From Mustelus asterias (taxonomy: Eukaryota), in NCBI RefSeq assembly GCF_964213995.1, contig NW_027590117.1:1922001-1986000 (forward strand): a DNA stretch of 64,000 bases. The letters run 5' to 3'. The notes under the pieces were generated by a model. The model searched no databases. It had not been told where the DNA came from and worked only from the letters and a program-made list of their open reading frames with translations. Below, in pieces: positions 52,023 to 64,000 of the stretch. Each line of letters opens with the position of its first letter. Within the stretch, counting starts at the first letter, position 1. Made by a program: the position numbers and the translations under genes.

Positions 52023-52439
52023 CCACATGCCTGTTCTTCCTGGACTGCTCAGTGGTCACCCCTTCCCTTCTTTCCTCTAGTACCTTGAGCTGTGCTGTGA
52101 CCATCTCTCTAAATGTGCTGTCCACATAACTCTCAGCCTCTCAAATGCATCACAGTCTCTCCAGCTGCTCCTCAAGGTCCGAAACCTGGAGCTCCAGTTT
52201 CTGCAGCTGGGAACACTTCCTGCACATGTGGTCATTCAAGACACTGGCAGCATCCAAGACTCCCCACATGAGACAAACCGCACATTCCACTCAGCTGTCT
52301 TCACCTGACGTGTCTTCAATGTAAAATTTACACCTTATACTAGAACAAATCAGATGTTGTGATGCCGGCATTTGACTGGGGTGGGCACGGTAAGAAGTCT
52401 CACAACACCAGGTTAAAGTCGAACAGGTTTATTTGGTAG

Positions 52440-52474
52440 CACGAGCTTTCGGAGCACTTCTCCTTCCTCAGGTG
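52440..52474 (-). ncRNA. Minimal hammerhead ribozyme motif with intact core
   Basis: Minus strand CAC-CTGAGGA-A-GGAG AAGTG CTCC-GAAA-GCTC-GTG. Confidence 0.7.
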
Positions 52475-52569
52475 AGTGGAGAATTGGGTTCACAAACAAG
52501 GCATAGATAGACATGTTTCTATATATGCCCTGTTTGTGAATCCAACTCTCCACTCACCTGAGGAAGGAG

Positions 52570-52875
52570 TGTTTCTTCAGAAGGAACTCTTCAAAATGCA
52601 GCGAGTGAAAATACAACAAAACTTACTCCATCTTATAAATCAAAGAACGGGTTTAATAAAGAAACATCATTACTCCAAACTTGGGGCCTCACGCTGGGCC
52701 ACTCCAGGCTCCCCACAATTTGACACAGATCCTTATTTATAGTGTATCAGCTCATCAGCTGACTATTACATCACTCTGATTGGTTCCATGCTTTGTTGGG
52801 TCAGCTGACCCTTACATCTTGTTCCCATTGGTCACATTACATCCAATCAAAGTTGTCCCCTGTTACACTCTAACA
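52570..52875 (-). mobile_element. Solo LTR, 306 bp, 5-bp TSD
   Basis: TG...CA termini; AGGAG at 52565-52569 and 52876-52880; minus-strand TATAAAT and ATTAAA. Confidence 0.8.
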
Positions 52876-52999
52876 AGGAGCAGTGCTCTGAAAGCTCATG
52901 CCACCAAAAAAACCAGGTGGACTTTAACCTGGTATTGTGAGACTTCTTGCTAGAACAAATAAAGATAATATATAATAATTTTCCCAATAAATAACGTGC

Positions 53000-54610
53000 T
53001 TCGTTTAGCTTCAGCTAAATATGTAGATGTGCTTGAAACAGTTCAGAGAAGGTTTACGGGATTAATACCAGGAAGGAGCGGGTTGTCTCATGAGGAAATG
53101 TTGGAGGGGATAAATTTGCATCCGAGAGGTTAGAAGAGTAAGTGTCGACTTGATTGAAACTTTACAGATCTGAGTGGTCTTGACAGGATGGATGTGGAGA
53201 GCATATTTCCTCTTGTGGGAGAATCTAGAATGAGGGGTCACTGTTTAAAAATAAAGGGTCATCCATTTAAGGCACAGATGAGGCGAGATTATTTTCTCTC
53301 AGAGGGTTGTGTGTCGATGGAACTCCCTTCCTCAAAAGGCAAAGCAAGCAAAGTCTTTCAATATTTTGATTGCAGAGGTGGATAGAAAATCATAGAATAC
53401 CTACAGTGTCGACGAAGGCCATTTGGCCCCTCGGGTTTGCACCGATTTTCCAACAGAGCATCGTTCTGAGGCCCACTCCTTGCTGCAAACCTGTAACCCC
53501 ATGCATTTACCATGCTAATCCCCCTAACCTACACATCTTGGGACACAAAGAAGCAAGTTAGCATGGTCAATCCACCTAACCTGCACATCTTTGGAATGTG
53601 TGAGGAAACTGGAGCATAGAAACATAGAAATCAGAAGCAGGAGTAGGCCATTCAGCCCATCGAGCCTGCTCCACAATTCATTCTGATCATTGAATTCAAT
53701 ATCCTGATCCCCACTCTTCCCCCCCACCCCCCCGCCCCCCGCTATCCCTTGATCCCTTTGAACCCAAGAGCTATATCTAATTTCTTCTTGAAACCAGACA
53801 ACGTTTTGGCCTCAACTACATTCTGTGGTCGTGAATTCTGCGCATTCACCACCCTCTGGGTGAGGAAATTTCTCCTCACCTAAGTTCTAAAAGCTTTACC
53901 CCTTATCCTCAACCAAGACCCCTAGTTCTGGACTCCCCCACCATTTGGAACATTCTTTCCAGCCAACTTAGTCTCTCTGAATCCTAAGCGATTTAGTCTC
54001 TCATCATATGACAGATCTGCCAGCCCAGGAATCAGCCAAGTAAACCTCAATTGTACTCTCTCTATAGCAAGGACATCCTTCCTCAGATAAGGACACCAAA
54101 AGTGCACACAATACTCCAGGTGTGGCCTCACCAACACCCTACACAATTGCAGCAAAACATCCCTATCTCTGTACTCAAATCCTCTCGCTATTAAGGCCAA
54201 CATACCATTTGCCTTCTTTACTGCCTGCTCTACCTGTGTTCTTACTTTCAGCAACTGATGCATGAGGACTCCAAGCTCTCATTGAATATCCACCTCTCTA
54301 AATTTACAACCATTCATGAAATAATCTTTTTTCCGATTCCTTCTACCAAAGTGCATAACCTCACATTTATCCACATTATACTGCATCTGACATGCGATGC
54401 CCATGCACTCAGCTTGTCCAAATCACACTGAAGTAACTCTGCATCCTCCTCACAGCTTACCCTCCCACCCAACTTCGTATCATCTGCAAATTTGGAGACA
54501 ATACATTCAGTTCCCTCTTCTAAATCATTAATATATAATGTGAACAGTTGGGGTCCTAGCACTGATCCCTGCAGAACCCCACTAGTCACTGACTGCCACT
54601 CAGAAAAAGC
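53000..54610. mobile_element. CR1 fragments on both strands plus partial HE1 SINE (53385-53613, minus)
   Basis: LVRPHLEYCVHFWCPYLRKD and SKFADDTK on the minus strand. Confidence 0.85.
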
Positions 54611-55813
54611 ACCCAAATGAACAAATGTTGACACAGGGAGAATGTGCAAATTCCAGACAGTCACCCAAGGTTGGAATTGAACCCGGCTCCCTAGTTCTAT
54701 GAGGAAGCAAGGAGGTGAAAGATTATCGGGGATAGGTAAGGATGTGGGTTTGAAGTTACAATCAGACCAGTCATGATCATATTGAATGGTGGAGCAGGCT
54801 CAAGGGGCCAAGTGACCTACGCCTGCTCCTAATTCATACATTCATCAGTCTGGGAATTTTTGAAATATGTTCAAGAGAATTTCTTGGACCAGAGTATTCT
54901 CAAGAAACTATGAACAAAGCATTGCTGGATCTGGTGCTGGGGAATGGGGTGGGCCAAGGTTGGCCACATGGATCAAGTGTCTGTGTTTTTATCCAGTGAT
55001 CATTGTATCACAAGCTTGACATTAGCAAGGAACAATCTAAAGTAGACATTCTAAATTGGAAGAGGACTAACTTCAATGCTTCATAGTCTGCTCCTTGTCC
55101 AGTATTATCCATCACTCTCCCTCCTTTCTGCCCTTATTCCTTTCTGCTACTTCTATATGCTGGTGTCAAACCCGCTGTCAATTTAGTTGAAACCCTCACC
55201 AACCAGACAACTGAACCATAAACCAACAACAATATTGTGCTTGGGGCCTGTGCTTGCAGAGCACAATGGATCAGAACTCCAGCAAGTGAACCTCTTGGCC
55301 ATCTCTGCTGTGTGTGAGTGACACTTACTGTATGTGAGGAGCTGGCTGCAATTCTCCTTGTGTGAAAGAATCTCTCCATTTATTCTGCTGGTTTCAACTC
55401 TTTGCCTGTCAGAAGGAAAAATGTTGATTAAATTTAAGAGGATAGGTAGAAAATACGCTATACATTGAGTATTTTAGCAATTGCTTATCAAGCGCAAAGG
55501 AAGAACAGTCAAACAGAGTCAGTGTGTGATTCCACTGCCATTCTGCAGCACGTGCACTTAAATACAGCTAGAGACTGACAGATGCAGAATAAAATGAACA
55601 CACTGATATTGTGGAGGAGAGGGATACATACAAAAATAAAACTAATACCACCAAGAAGAGAATTATTACTACATGCAATCACATGCACCACTTTTGGACA
55701 GACACACAATGAGACCCAGATACAGAATGAATCATAAACTCAGACATGTTCTCATCCATTCACAGATACAAATCCCACACTCACATGCTCTATCAGTGAG
55801 TAAATCCCACACT

Positions 55814-57047
55814 AAGTTCTTTGAGGGGGTAAAAGGAAGTTCGATAAAGGAGAACCAGTGTACGTGATTTATTTAGATTTCCAGAAGGCCCTCTGACACG
55901 GTGCTGAGTCGGAGACTGCTAAATAAGTTAAGAGTCCATGGTGTTAAGGGTAAGATCCAGGCATGGATAGAGGATTGGCTGACTGGCAGAAGGCAGAGAG
56001 TGGGGATAAAGAGGTCTGTTTCAGGATGGCAGCCGATGTTGAGTGGTGTGCCTCAGGGATCAGTGCTGGGACCACAACTTTTCACCATATACATTCACAA
56101 TTTGGAAGCAGGAAGTGAAAGCTCTGTTGCTAGGTTTGCAGATGATACAAAGATATGGAGAGGGACAGGTAGTATTGAGGAAGCAGGGAGGCTGCAGAAG
56201 GACTTGGACAGGCTAGGAGAGTGGGCAAAGAAGTGGTAGATGGAATACAATGTGGAAAAGTGTGAGGTTATGCACTTTGGAGGGAGGAATGGAGGCATAG
56301 ACTATTTTCTAAATGGGGAAATGCTGAGGAAATCAGAAGCGCAAAGGGACTTGGGAGTCATTGTTCAAGATTCTCTTAAGGTTAACTGGCAGGGTCAGTT
56401 GGCAGTTCGGAAGGCAAATGCAATGTTAGCATTCATGGCGAGAGGGATACAATACAAGAGCAGTGATGTACTTCTGAGGCTGTACAAGGCTCCAGTCACA
56501 CCCCATTTGCAGTATTGTGAGCAGCTTTGGGCCCCGTATCTAAGGAAGGATGTGCTGGCCTTGGAAAGGGCCCAGAGGAGGTTCACAAGAATGATCCCTG
56601 GAATGAAAAGCTTGTCATATGAGGAACGGTTGAGGACTCTGGGTCTGCACTCATTGGAGTTCACAAGGATGAGGGGGGACCTTGTTGAAACTTATAGGAT
56701 ACTGTGAGGCCTGGATAGAGTGGACATGGAGAGGTTATTTCCAAAATCAGGAAAAACTAGAACCAGAGGGCACAATCTCAGGCTAAAGGGACGATCCTTT
56801 AAAACAGAGATGTGGAGTAATTTCTTCAGCCAGAGACTGGTGAATCTGTGGAACTCGTTGTCGCAGAAGGCTGTGGAGGCCAAGTCATTGAGTGTTTTTA
56901 AGACAGAGATAGATAGACTTGATTAATAAGGGGACCAGGGATTATGGGGAAAAGGCAGGAGAATGGGAAAGAGAAAAATATCAGTCATGATTGGCGGACC
57001 AGACTCGATTGTCCGAGTGGCCTAATTCTGCTCCGATAACTTATGGT
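55814..57047 (+). mobile_element. CR1 LINE RT 3' fragment inserted in the tandem array
   Basis: GVPQGSVLGP, RFADDTK, LERAQRRFTRMIPG; satellite units on both sides. Confidence 0.92.
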
Positions 57048-58580
57048 CTCACACGCTGTATCAGAGTGAGTAAATCCCACACACACACACACGGTATCAG
57101 AGAGTGAGTAAATCCCCCCCACACACACTGTATCAGAGAGTGAGTAAATCCCAAATTCACACACTGTATCAGAGAGTGAGTAAATCCCACACTCACACAC
57201 TGTATCAGAGAGTGAGTAAATCCCACACTCTCACACTGTGTCAGAGAGTGAGTAAATCCCACACTCACGCTGTATCCGAGAGTGAGTAAATCCCACACTC
57301 ACACTATATCCGAGATTGAGTAAATCCCACACTCACACTGTATCAGAGAGTGAGTAAATCCCACACTCACGCTGTATCCGAGAGTGAGTAAATCCCACAT
57401 TCACACACTGCATCAGAGAGTGAGTAAATCCCACACTCACACTGTATCAGAGAGTGAGTAAATCCCACACTCACGCTGTATCAGAGAGTGAGTAAATCCC
57501 ACACTCACACTGTATCAGAGAGTGAGTAAATCCCACACTCACGCTGTATCCGAGAGTGAGTAAATCCCACATTCACACACTGCATCAGAGAGTGAGTAAA
57601 TCCCACACTCACACTGCATCGGAGAGTGAGTAAATCCCACACTCACACTGTATCAGAGAGTGAGTAAATCCCACACTCACACTGTATCAGAGAGTGAGTA
57701 AATCCCACACTCACACTGCATCAGAGAGTGAGTAAATCCCACACTCACGCTGTATCCGAGAGTGAGTAAATCCCACATTCACACACTGTATCAGAGAGTG
57801 AGTAAATCCCACACTCACACTGTATCAGAGAGTGAGTAAATCCCCCCCCCCCCCCCCCACCCCCACACACACTGTATCAGAGAGTGAGTAAATCCCACAC
57901 TGCATCAGAGGGTGAGTAAATCCCACGCTCACACACCGGATCAGAGAGTGAGTAAATCCCACACTCACACACCGGATCAGAGAGTGAGTAAATCCCACAC
58001 TCACACTGTATCAGAGAGTGAGTAAACCCCACACTCACACACTGTATCAGAGAGTGAGTAAATCCCACACTCACACACTGTATCAGAGAGTGAGTAAACC
58101 CCACACTCACACACTGTATCAGAGAGTGAGTAAATCCCACACACACACTGTATCAGAGAGTGAGTAAATCCCACACTCACACACTGTATCAGAGAGTGAG
58201 TAAATCCCACACTCTCACACTGTATCAGAGAGTGAGTAAATCCCACACTCACACACTGTATCAGAGAGTGAGTAAACCCCACACTCACACACTGTATCAG
58301 AGAGTGAGTAAACCCCACACTCTCACACTGTATCAGAGAGTGAGTAAATCCCACACTCTCACACTGTATCAGAGCGTGAGTAAATCCCACACTCACACAC
58401 TGTATCAGAGAGAGTAAATCCCACACTCACACTGTATCAGAGTGAGTAAATCCCACACTCTCACACTGTATCAGAGAGAGTAAATCCCACACTCACACTG
58501 TATCAGAGAGTGAGTAAATCCCACACACACACTGTGTTAGAGAGTGAGTAAATCCCACACTCACACACTTTACCAGAGAT
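57048..58580. repeat. Tandem repeat, about 40 units of 36-38 bp
   Basis: Unit cacactgtatcagagagtgagtaaatcccacact(ca). Confidence 0.97.
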
Positions 58581-58744
58581 TCACAGTTCCTGAAGGAATC
58601 CCACTCTCCCGCACAGTCCCTCTGTGGAGAACGGTCCCTCACACCGACAGTCAGGGGACATTTCCCGGTGGATCTTTACACACTGACAAACTGGCGCTGG
58701 AGATTCTTTGTAAAATGTATTTCCTGATTTAGTAAGGAGGCTTG

Positions 58745-58900
58745 TGATTGGCGGAAACACCTCAATCAGATTGGTCTGTTTTCATATTCACTCAAATGAA
58801 TCCCTGATAAGTGACTGTAATAACTTTCAAAATGTCCAATCACAATCATTGCTTTCCCAATTCCTCATTAGCATAGTTCTGTGGGACTGTCTATTTAATC
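58745..58900 (+). promoter_or_regulatory. H2B copy 2 promoter
   Basis: Several CCAAT/ATTGG, ATTAGCAT at 58867-58874, TATTTAA at ~58892. Confidence 0.7.
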
Positions 58901-58943
58901 AGCGCTCGGAAGGGGTTTGCTTTATTTCTGCGTGAAATTGAAG

Positions 58944-59330
58944 ATGGCTGATGAGAAGAAACCAACATCGAAACCAGCTCCCAAGAAGGGAGCGAAGAAA
59001 GTGATTAAGAAACCGGGAACAAAGGGCGGCAAGAAGCGGCGAAAGTCGAGGAAGGAGAGTTACTCCATCTACATCTACAAAGTGATGAAGCAGGTTCACC
59101 CCGACACCGGCATCTCCTCCAAAGCCATGAGCATCATGAACTCGTTCGTGAACGATATTTTCGAGCGCATCGCGGGTGAGGCTTCCCGCCTGGCCCATTA
59201 CAACAAGCGCAGCACCATCAGCTCCCGGGAGATCCAGACCGCCGTGCGCCTGCTGCTGCCCGGGGAACTGGCCAAGCACGCCGTGTCGGAAGGGACAAAG
59301 GCGGTGACCAAGTACACCAGCTCCAAGTAA
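58944..59330 (+). CDS. H2B: Histone H2B copy 2, 128 aa
   Basis: Canonical histone-fold sequence identical to the copy 1 core. Confidence 0.98.
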   Translation: MADEKKPTSKPAPKKGAKKVIKKPGTKGGKKRRKSRKESYSIYIYKVMKQVHPDTGISSKAMSIMNSFVNDIFERIAGEASRLAHYNKRSTISSREIQTAVRLLLPGELAKHAVSEGTKAVTKYTSSK

Positions 59331-59367
59331 AACTCCCCCATGGACTGAAAAACACCCCAAACACAAC

Positions 59368-59408
59368 GGCTCTTTTAAGAGCCACCCACAATCTCTGTGA
59401 AAAAGCTG
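59368..59408 (+). promoter_or_regulatory. Histone 3' stem-loop and HDE (H2B copy 2)
   Basis: GGCTCTTTTAAGAGCC at 59368-59383, ACCCA, GAAAAAGCTG. Confidence 0.93.
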
Positions 59409-59679
59409 CGCCATCTTTTCCCTTATTGAGTGAATGAGAAATGTCTTTCTGGAGGATCGAGATTTGTCCCGGTGCAGAATGCTGTGAATGGGACTTCATA
59501 TCCGCCCCTCACACACACTTTCACATTGAAGGGACAATCAAACTGAACTGAGAGCAGATTTTAAATCCCAGTCTGGGGATCGTCACGGACAATGGGCAGA
59601 AAAAATATCAGGAGGTAATTATTTAAATTTGATTCTAACTATATTCAGAGTTTCACGACTCTGAATTAAATTATTATTT

Positions 59680-61145
59680 TTTTCTCGGGCGATCTGGGAG
59701 CCGCTCCCGGAACAGATAAAGGCGGGAATGAAGAGGTTATTCTCGGGCTGATCTGTTTATTCCGCAGCTTTCCCAGAGGACGGAATCACTGAGATTTCTG
59801 CACACACAGGACCTGAGTCCATTGCAGCGCTTTTCAGATCTGTCTCCCCCAGGCCCTCCTCCTTCTCCGGTGACAAAGCTGCCTTGTTCCACCGGCGGGA
59901 TAGAGTCAGGGATTCTCTCCGCACTTCCCATTGTAACATTCTCGGCCGCTTTCAGGGGATAGGATCAGAAATCAGCCGTTTCTCTCTGTCCCTGTGAAGC
60001 CTGTGTGAAGGGGTTGGTTGGTGATCTCTTTGGTTCTGCTTTTTTCACTGAGCTGAGATTTGCTCCGTTTTAAATTGCTGAACGGGGTCTGATTACCGCG
60101 GGTTATAGATAAGAGATTGAGAAATTCAAACTGTTCCTACAATAGCGCCAGGATTCTGTGAGGGAAAATACAATAAACAGATTATAAAGTGTGAGATTGA
60201 AATAGTTTCCTGAACATTCAGGCGTTCCGTTATTTTTTTATTTTTTCTGCACTGAAATTGGCGGGTTTTTCCAATTTGAAAATGTGAACCAATCAAAACC
60301 TCCCATTTCTTCGACCTGGCACTCCGATTGAAATGTGAGTGACCAATCAGAGCTGGAGTCTGGCTGCAGCCTCACAAACCGCTCACAATGATTATTAATA
60401 GAGATTAAACTGACGGAATCTGTATTTGAGATATTAAATGTACTTTGTTTCCCAGACAAATATTTGACAGATCCAAAACAAACGTGATATTTCCTCCACA
60501 CAAGTTACAGGGGAAATTGTCGCCAACTCCTTCTCACACACAGTCCGTACATTGTCACTGACAGCTCAGAGACACAGACAGCTGATCAATTCCACAGACC
60601 CAAACAGCAGGAGAGACAGATGATGTGCCTATTTGACAGCCAGTTCTCGTACCAGAATGGCCGAGTGGTTAAGGCTTAAGATCCAATGGCCATATATCTG
60701 CGTGGGTTCGAACCCGACTCCTGGTAAATGAATTTTTAACACTACAGTCTGCACCCTCTCCTTTCCTTCTCCCCTCTACTCTACGAACGGTATGAATTCG
60801 TCCGTTTTACGCAAGAAGCAATACCTTTCACTGTATACCAATACATCAAATCAAACTCAGTGCCATTGATAGGGGGATCCATAAATCCCAGTCCAAATTC
60901 TCACCTAATATTGGATCATCACTGTGTCAATCCCACAATAGAGCAGCCACAGCTCCAAATTCAATATCTGAGAAAACTGACAAATGGTTTTCGGTTAAAA
61001 GTTACACAATGCACCTTAATAATGTACACTGAGATTCGAGTTAAATACCACCCACATCAGGGGTTTAAAAGTGGCCCATAGTTTGTATCCTCACAAATAC
61101 ATTCGATACAAAGCCTCATCTCAAATACATTCTCAGATTGAGATA
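59680..61145. repeat. Right arm of inverted segmental duplication (partner 41715-44520)
   Basis: Reverse-complement similarity. Confidence 0.9.
60651..60726 (+). pseudogene. tRNA-Leu (TAA) pseudogene with 7-nt deletion
   Basis: ACCAGAATGGCCGAGTGGTTAAGGC[GTTGGAC missing]TTAAGATCCAATGG..GGTTCGAACCCGACTCCTGGTA; A and B boxes intact. Confidence 0.88.
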
Positions 61146-62444
61146 TTCTGAGAGCGAGTATAACCTGAGATACAAATTCAGATTCCAGTTGAAAACTCAC
61201 CCAGATTATGAAACTTAAAGTTACAATATCAATTTGATTACTTTGAATTGAACGATAGCTTATTAACTAATCCTAACTCCCCACTCACACTGAGCCAGAT
61301 AGACGATACTATATGAATTCCAGACTGAGTTTCCTTTTACATTCATGTCAAAATTCTTCCTCAGAATCAGGCTGAGTGTCACAGATCAAATCAATGTGAA
61401 CAACCTGAGTGAAGCTTGCATAGCAATCCAGTATCAGATTGAAGGATACATTATCTTTCACAATTGTGTTCAGAGTGACACAGATTTAATGTTGGGCCGA
61501 AATTCACATACATTGTTTGCTTCAAACCTACCACATCAGTGGCCTGTTGCTTTGCTGGAAATTTATATAGAATGAATCCAAACTTATAAATAGATTGAAG
61601 ATTACATGATGAATCCCATGCTCACATTGAGTCATAGACTCTGACATACACACGATAATTCTCACACATGTGCTCAGTGTTAGATGAATGAATCTCATGC
61701 TGCACACACAGCACCAGGGACTGAAAGTTACATCTGATTATCACACTTACATTGCAGTATCCCAGACATTGAGTACCAGTGACAGATTCAGAATGATCCC
61801 ACACTCACACACATTATGACAGTCTGACCAATACACATGATTTGCACCCTTTAGAAACAGCAGCAGATATACTCAGATGCTGAATGAACCCCAAATCACG
61901 TATGGTACCAGAGACAGAAACATAAATCCTTCCCTAATATTCCATCTTTGTGACAGATCAGAATGCCTGCCAAACTCATACAATTTCAGAGAATACTGAA
62001 TACTGCACTCGTGAGGTACCAGAAAGATTCCTATTCAGAATTGTGTTTAAATTCATATACAATAGCACTGACTGATAGTCACACACACAAACACACACAC
62101 ACTAACTGAAATGGAGTCTTTAAGCCAAAGGTAGATAGATTGTTGATTAGCAAAGAGGTAAAAGGTATTAAGGTTAGACAGGAGTGTGGAGTCGATGTTC
62201 AAATCAGATCAGCCATGATGTTATAGAATGGAGGAGCAGACTCGAGTGGTCTATTCCTGCTCAGATTTTGAATGTTCACACATGCTATTCTTAAGAGATT
62301 CAGAATGAGTCCCAAATTCACTTGCAGTATCAGAAAGTAACTGATAGACAAAATCCCTTGCTCAACTACTGTTCCAAACACAGGTTCAAATAATGACGCA
62401 ACATGCATCCTGCAGCAAAAAATGCAAGATACATATGGCATATG

Positions 62445-63420
62445 GTACAGATATATTGCACCAGAGAATGACAGATACAGAATGAATCCAGCCACAATGA
62501 AGGAACAGCGATATATTCCTAAGTGAGAATGGTAAGTGACTTGGAGGGGAAGGTCCATTTAATGGTGTTTCCATGAGTCAACTGTTCTTGTCCTTCTCTC
62601 GACGGTAGTGCTCTTTGGTTTGAAAGATGCTACTGAAGGAACATTTGTGAGTTCCAGTAGCTCATCTTGGAGGTAGTAAGTACTGCTGCCACTGTGTGTC
62701 AGTGGTCAAGGGCATGTGTGTTTACAGATGGGATGTCAATCATGAGGGATGCTTTGTCCGGGATGGTGTCAAACCTCTTGAGTGTTGCTGGTGCTGCATT
62801 AACCCAGGCAAGTGGAGATTAATCCATCATACTCCTGATTTGTGCCTGGTAGATGGTGAACAGTGTTTGGCAGTCAGGATCTTTGTTACTCACCATGGGA
62901 TTCTGTGTCTCTGACCTGCCTTGTAGCCCTTGTATTACATCGCTAGTCCAATTGAAGGTCATCACAAAGATATTGATATAATTTCATTTAATGTCAAGGG
63001 ACAATGGTTAGATTCTGTCTTGCTGGAAATGGTCTTTGTCTGGTACATGTGTGGTGTGATTGTTATTTGCCACATCTCAGCCCAAGCTTGGATACTGTCC
63101 AGTTCTTGCTGCATTTGGGAATGGGCTGCTTCGGTAACTGAAGAGTCCTGAATGGTGCTAAACATTGCACAGTCATCAGCGAGCATCTCCAATCTGACCT
63201 TATGGTGGAAGGGTCTGGGACAGTAACTTGACAAACTCGGGAAATGGTCTCCTGAGGATGAAATGACTGACCACCACAACCATCTGGCTTTATGCTGGAT
63301 GAAGTTCTAACCAGTGGAGAGGTTTCCATGATTCCCATCGACTTTGCTTTTGCTGAGGATCCTTGATGCTGAACTCGGTCAAATCCTGTTTTGATGTCAA
63401 GGGCAGTCACTCTCATCTCA
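62445..63420 (-). mobile_element. CR1-clade LINE family B RT fragment (degraded)
   Basis: VTALDIKTGFDRV, LADDC and QQELDSIQAWAEMWQ. Confidence 0.8.
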
Positions 63421-63599
63421 TCTCAGAGGATCGTTAGTCAGTGGAATTCCCTTCCCCAGACAACAGTTGAGACTGGATCATTGAATATGTTCTAGGCTGA
63501 ATTAGACAGATTATACAAGGGAGTGAATGATTGCTGCAAAAGTTCGAAAAGTCGAATTGCAGCCACAATTATTTTAGTTATGATCTTTTTCCTTGGTCC

Positions 63600-63923
63600 A
63601 TTCATAGGATGTGCGCATCACTGGCCAGCATTTATTACCCATCCACGTATCGAGTCAACCACATTGCTGTCGCTCTGAAGTCACATGTCGGCCACACAAG
63701 GTAATTTCATTAGATTTCCTGCCCTAAAGCACATTAGTGAACCAGATGGATTTTTCCAACAATGGTTCCATCGCCATCACTAGATTCTTATTTTCAAATT
63801 ACTTTTGATTGAAATCAAATTCTACCATCTGCTGTGGAGGGTTTCGAACCTGGGTGCGCAGAACATTAGCTGAGTTTCCAGATTAATAGTCTAGCGATGA
63901 TACCACGAGACCATCGCCTCCCC
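63600..63923 (-). mobile_element. tRNA-derived SINE family 2
   Basis: Matches 37408-37757. Confidence 0.8.
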
Positions 63924-64000
63924 TTCTTGAATGATGATGCAGGACTGAGGGGCTGAATGGCCTGACTCCTGTCCGTATTTCTAATATGATAGTAACCGTC

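Larger units (their letters stand above)
52351..52949. mobile_element. PLE fold-back with ~11-bp TSD, interrupted by a solo LTR
   Basis: TSD ctagaacaaat at 52340-52350 and 52950-52960; inverted arms centred near 52513. Confidence 0.85.

Noticed and set aside
57048-58580. CRISPR-like or zinc-finger-like periodicity and ORFs (e.g. 58001-58426)
   Set aside because: Units are contiguous with no unique spacers, the context is eukaryotic, and the ORFs are translations of a simple tandem repeat

Overview
Vertebrate nuclear DNA, almost certainly an elasmobranch (shark), judged from abundant HE1-type SINEs and CR1/HER1-type LINEs. The window is a repeat-dense, replication-dependent histone gene cluster. 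It holds seven intronless stem-loop histone genes: H1, H4, H3.2, two H2A and two H2B. Seven decayed tRNA genes (Thr, intron-containing Arg, iMet, Leu-CAG, Gly-TCC, two Leu-TAA) are interspersed. The rest is CR1, L2, Rex1/Babar and Tx1 LINE fragments, Penelope-like elements (PLE), two LTR families and two tandem-repeat arrays. The best leads are: (1) a second H2A with L33H plus a 5-nt palindrome-forming replacement giving Y57R/L58S; (2) a paralogous histone block lacking the whole H3 gene; (3) an inverted duplication carrying a gene-less histone-like promoter module and a tRNA-Leu pseudogene; (4) PLE fold-back insertions with 11-12 bp TSDs and minimal hammerhead ribozymes with covarying helix I; (5) a Tx1 fragment flanked by a ~0.92 kb duplication in TSD geometry; (6) a possible unannotated gene made of a CpG/CCAAT promoter and a SINE-interrupted ORF. 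All alignments were done by eye, so repeat boundaries are approximate.
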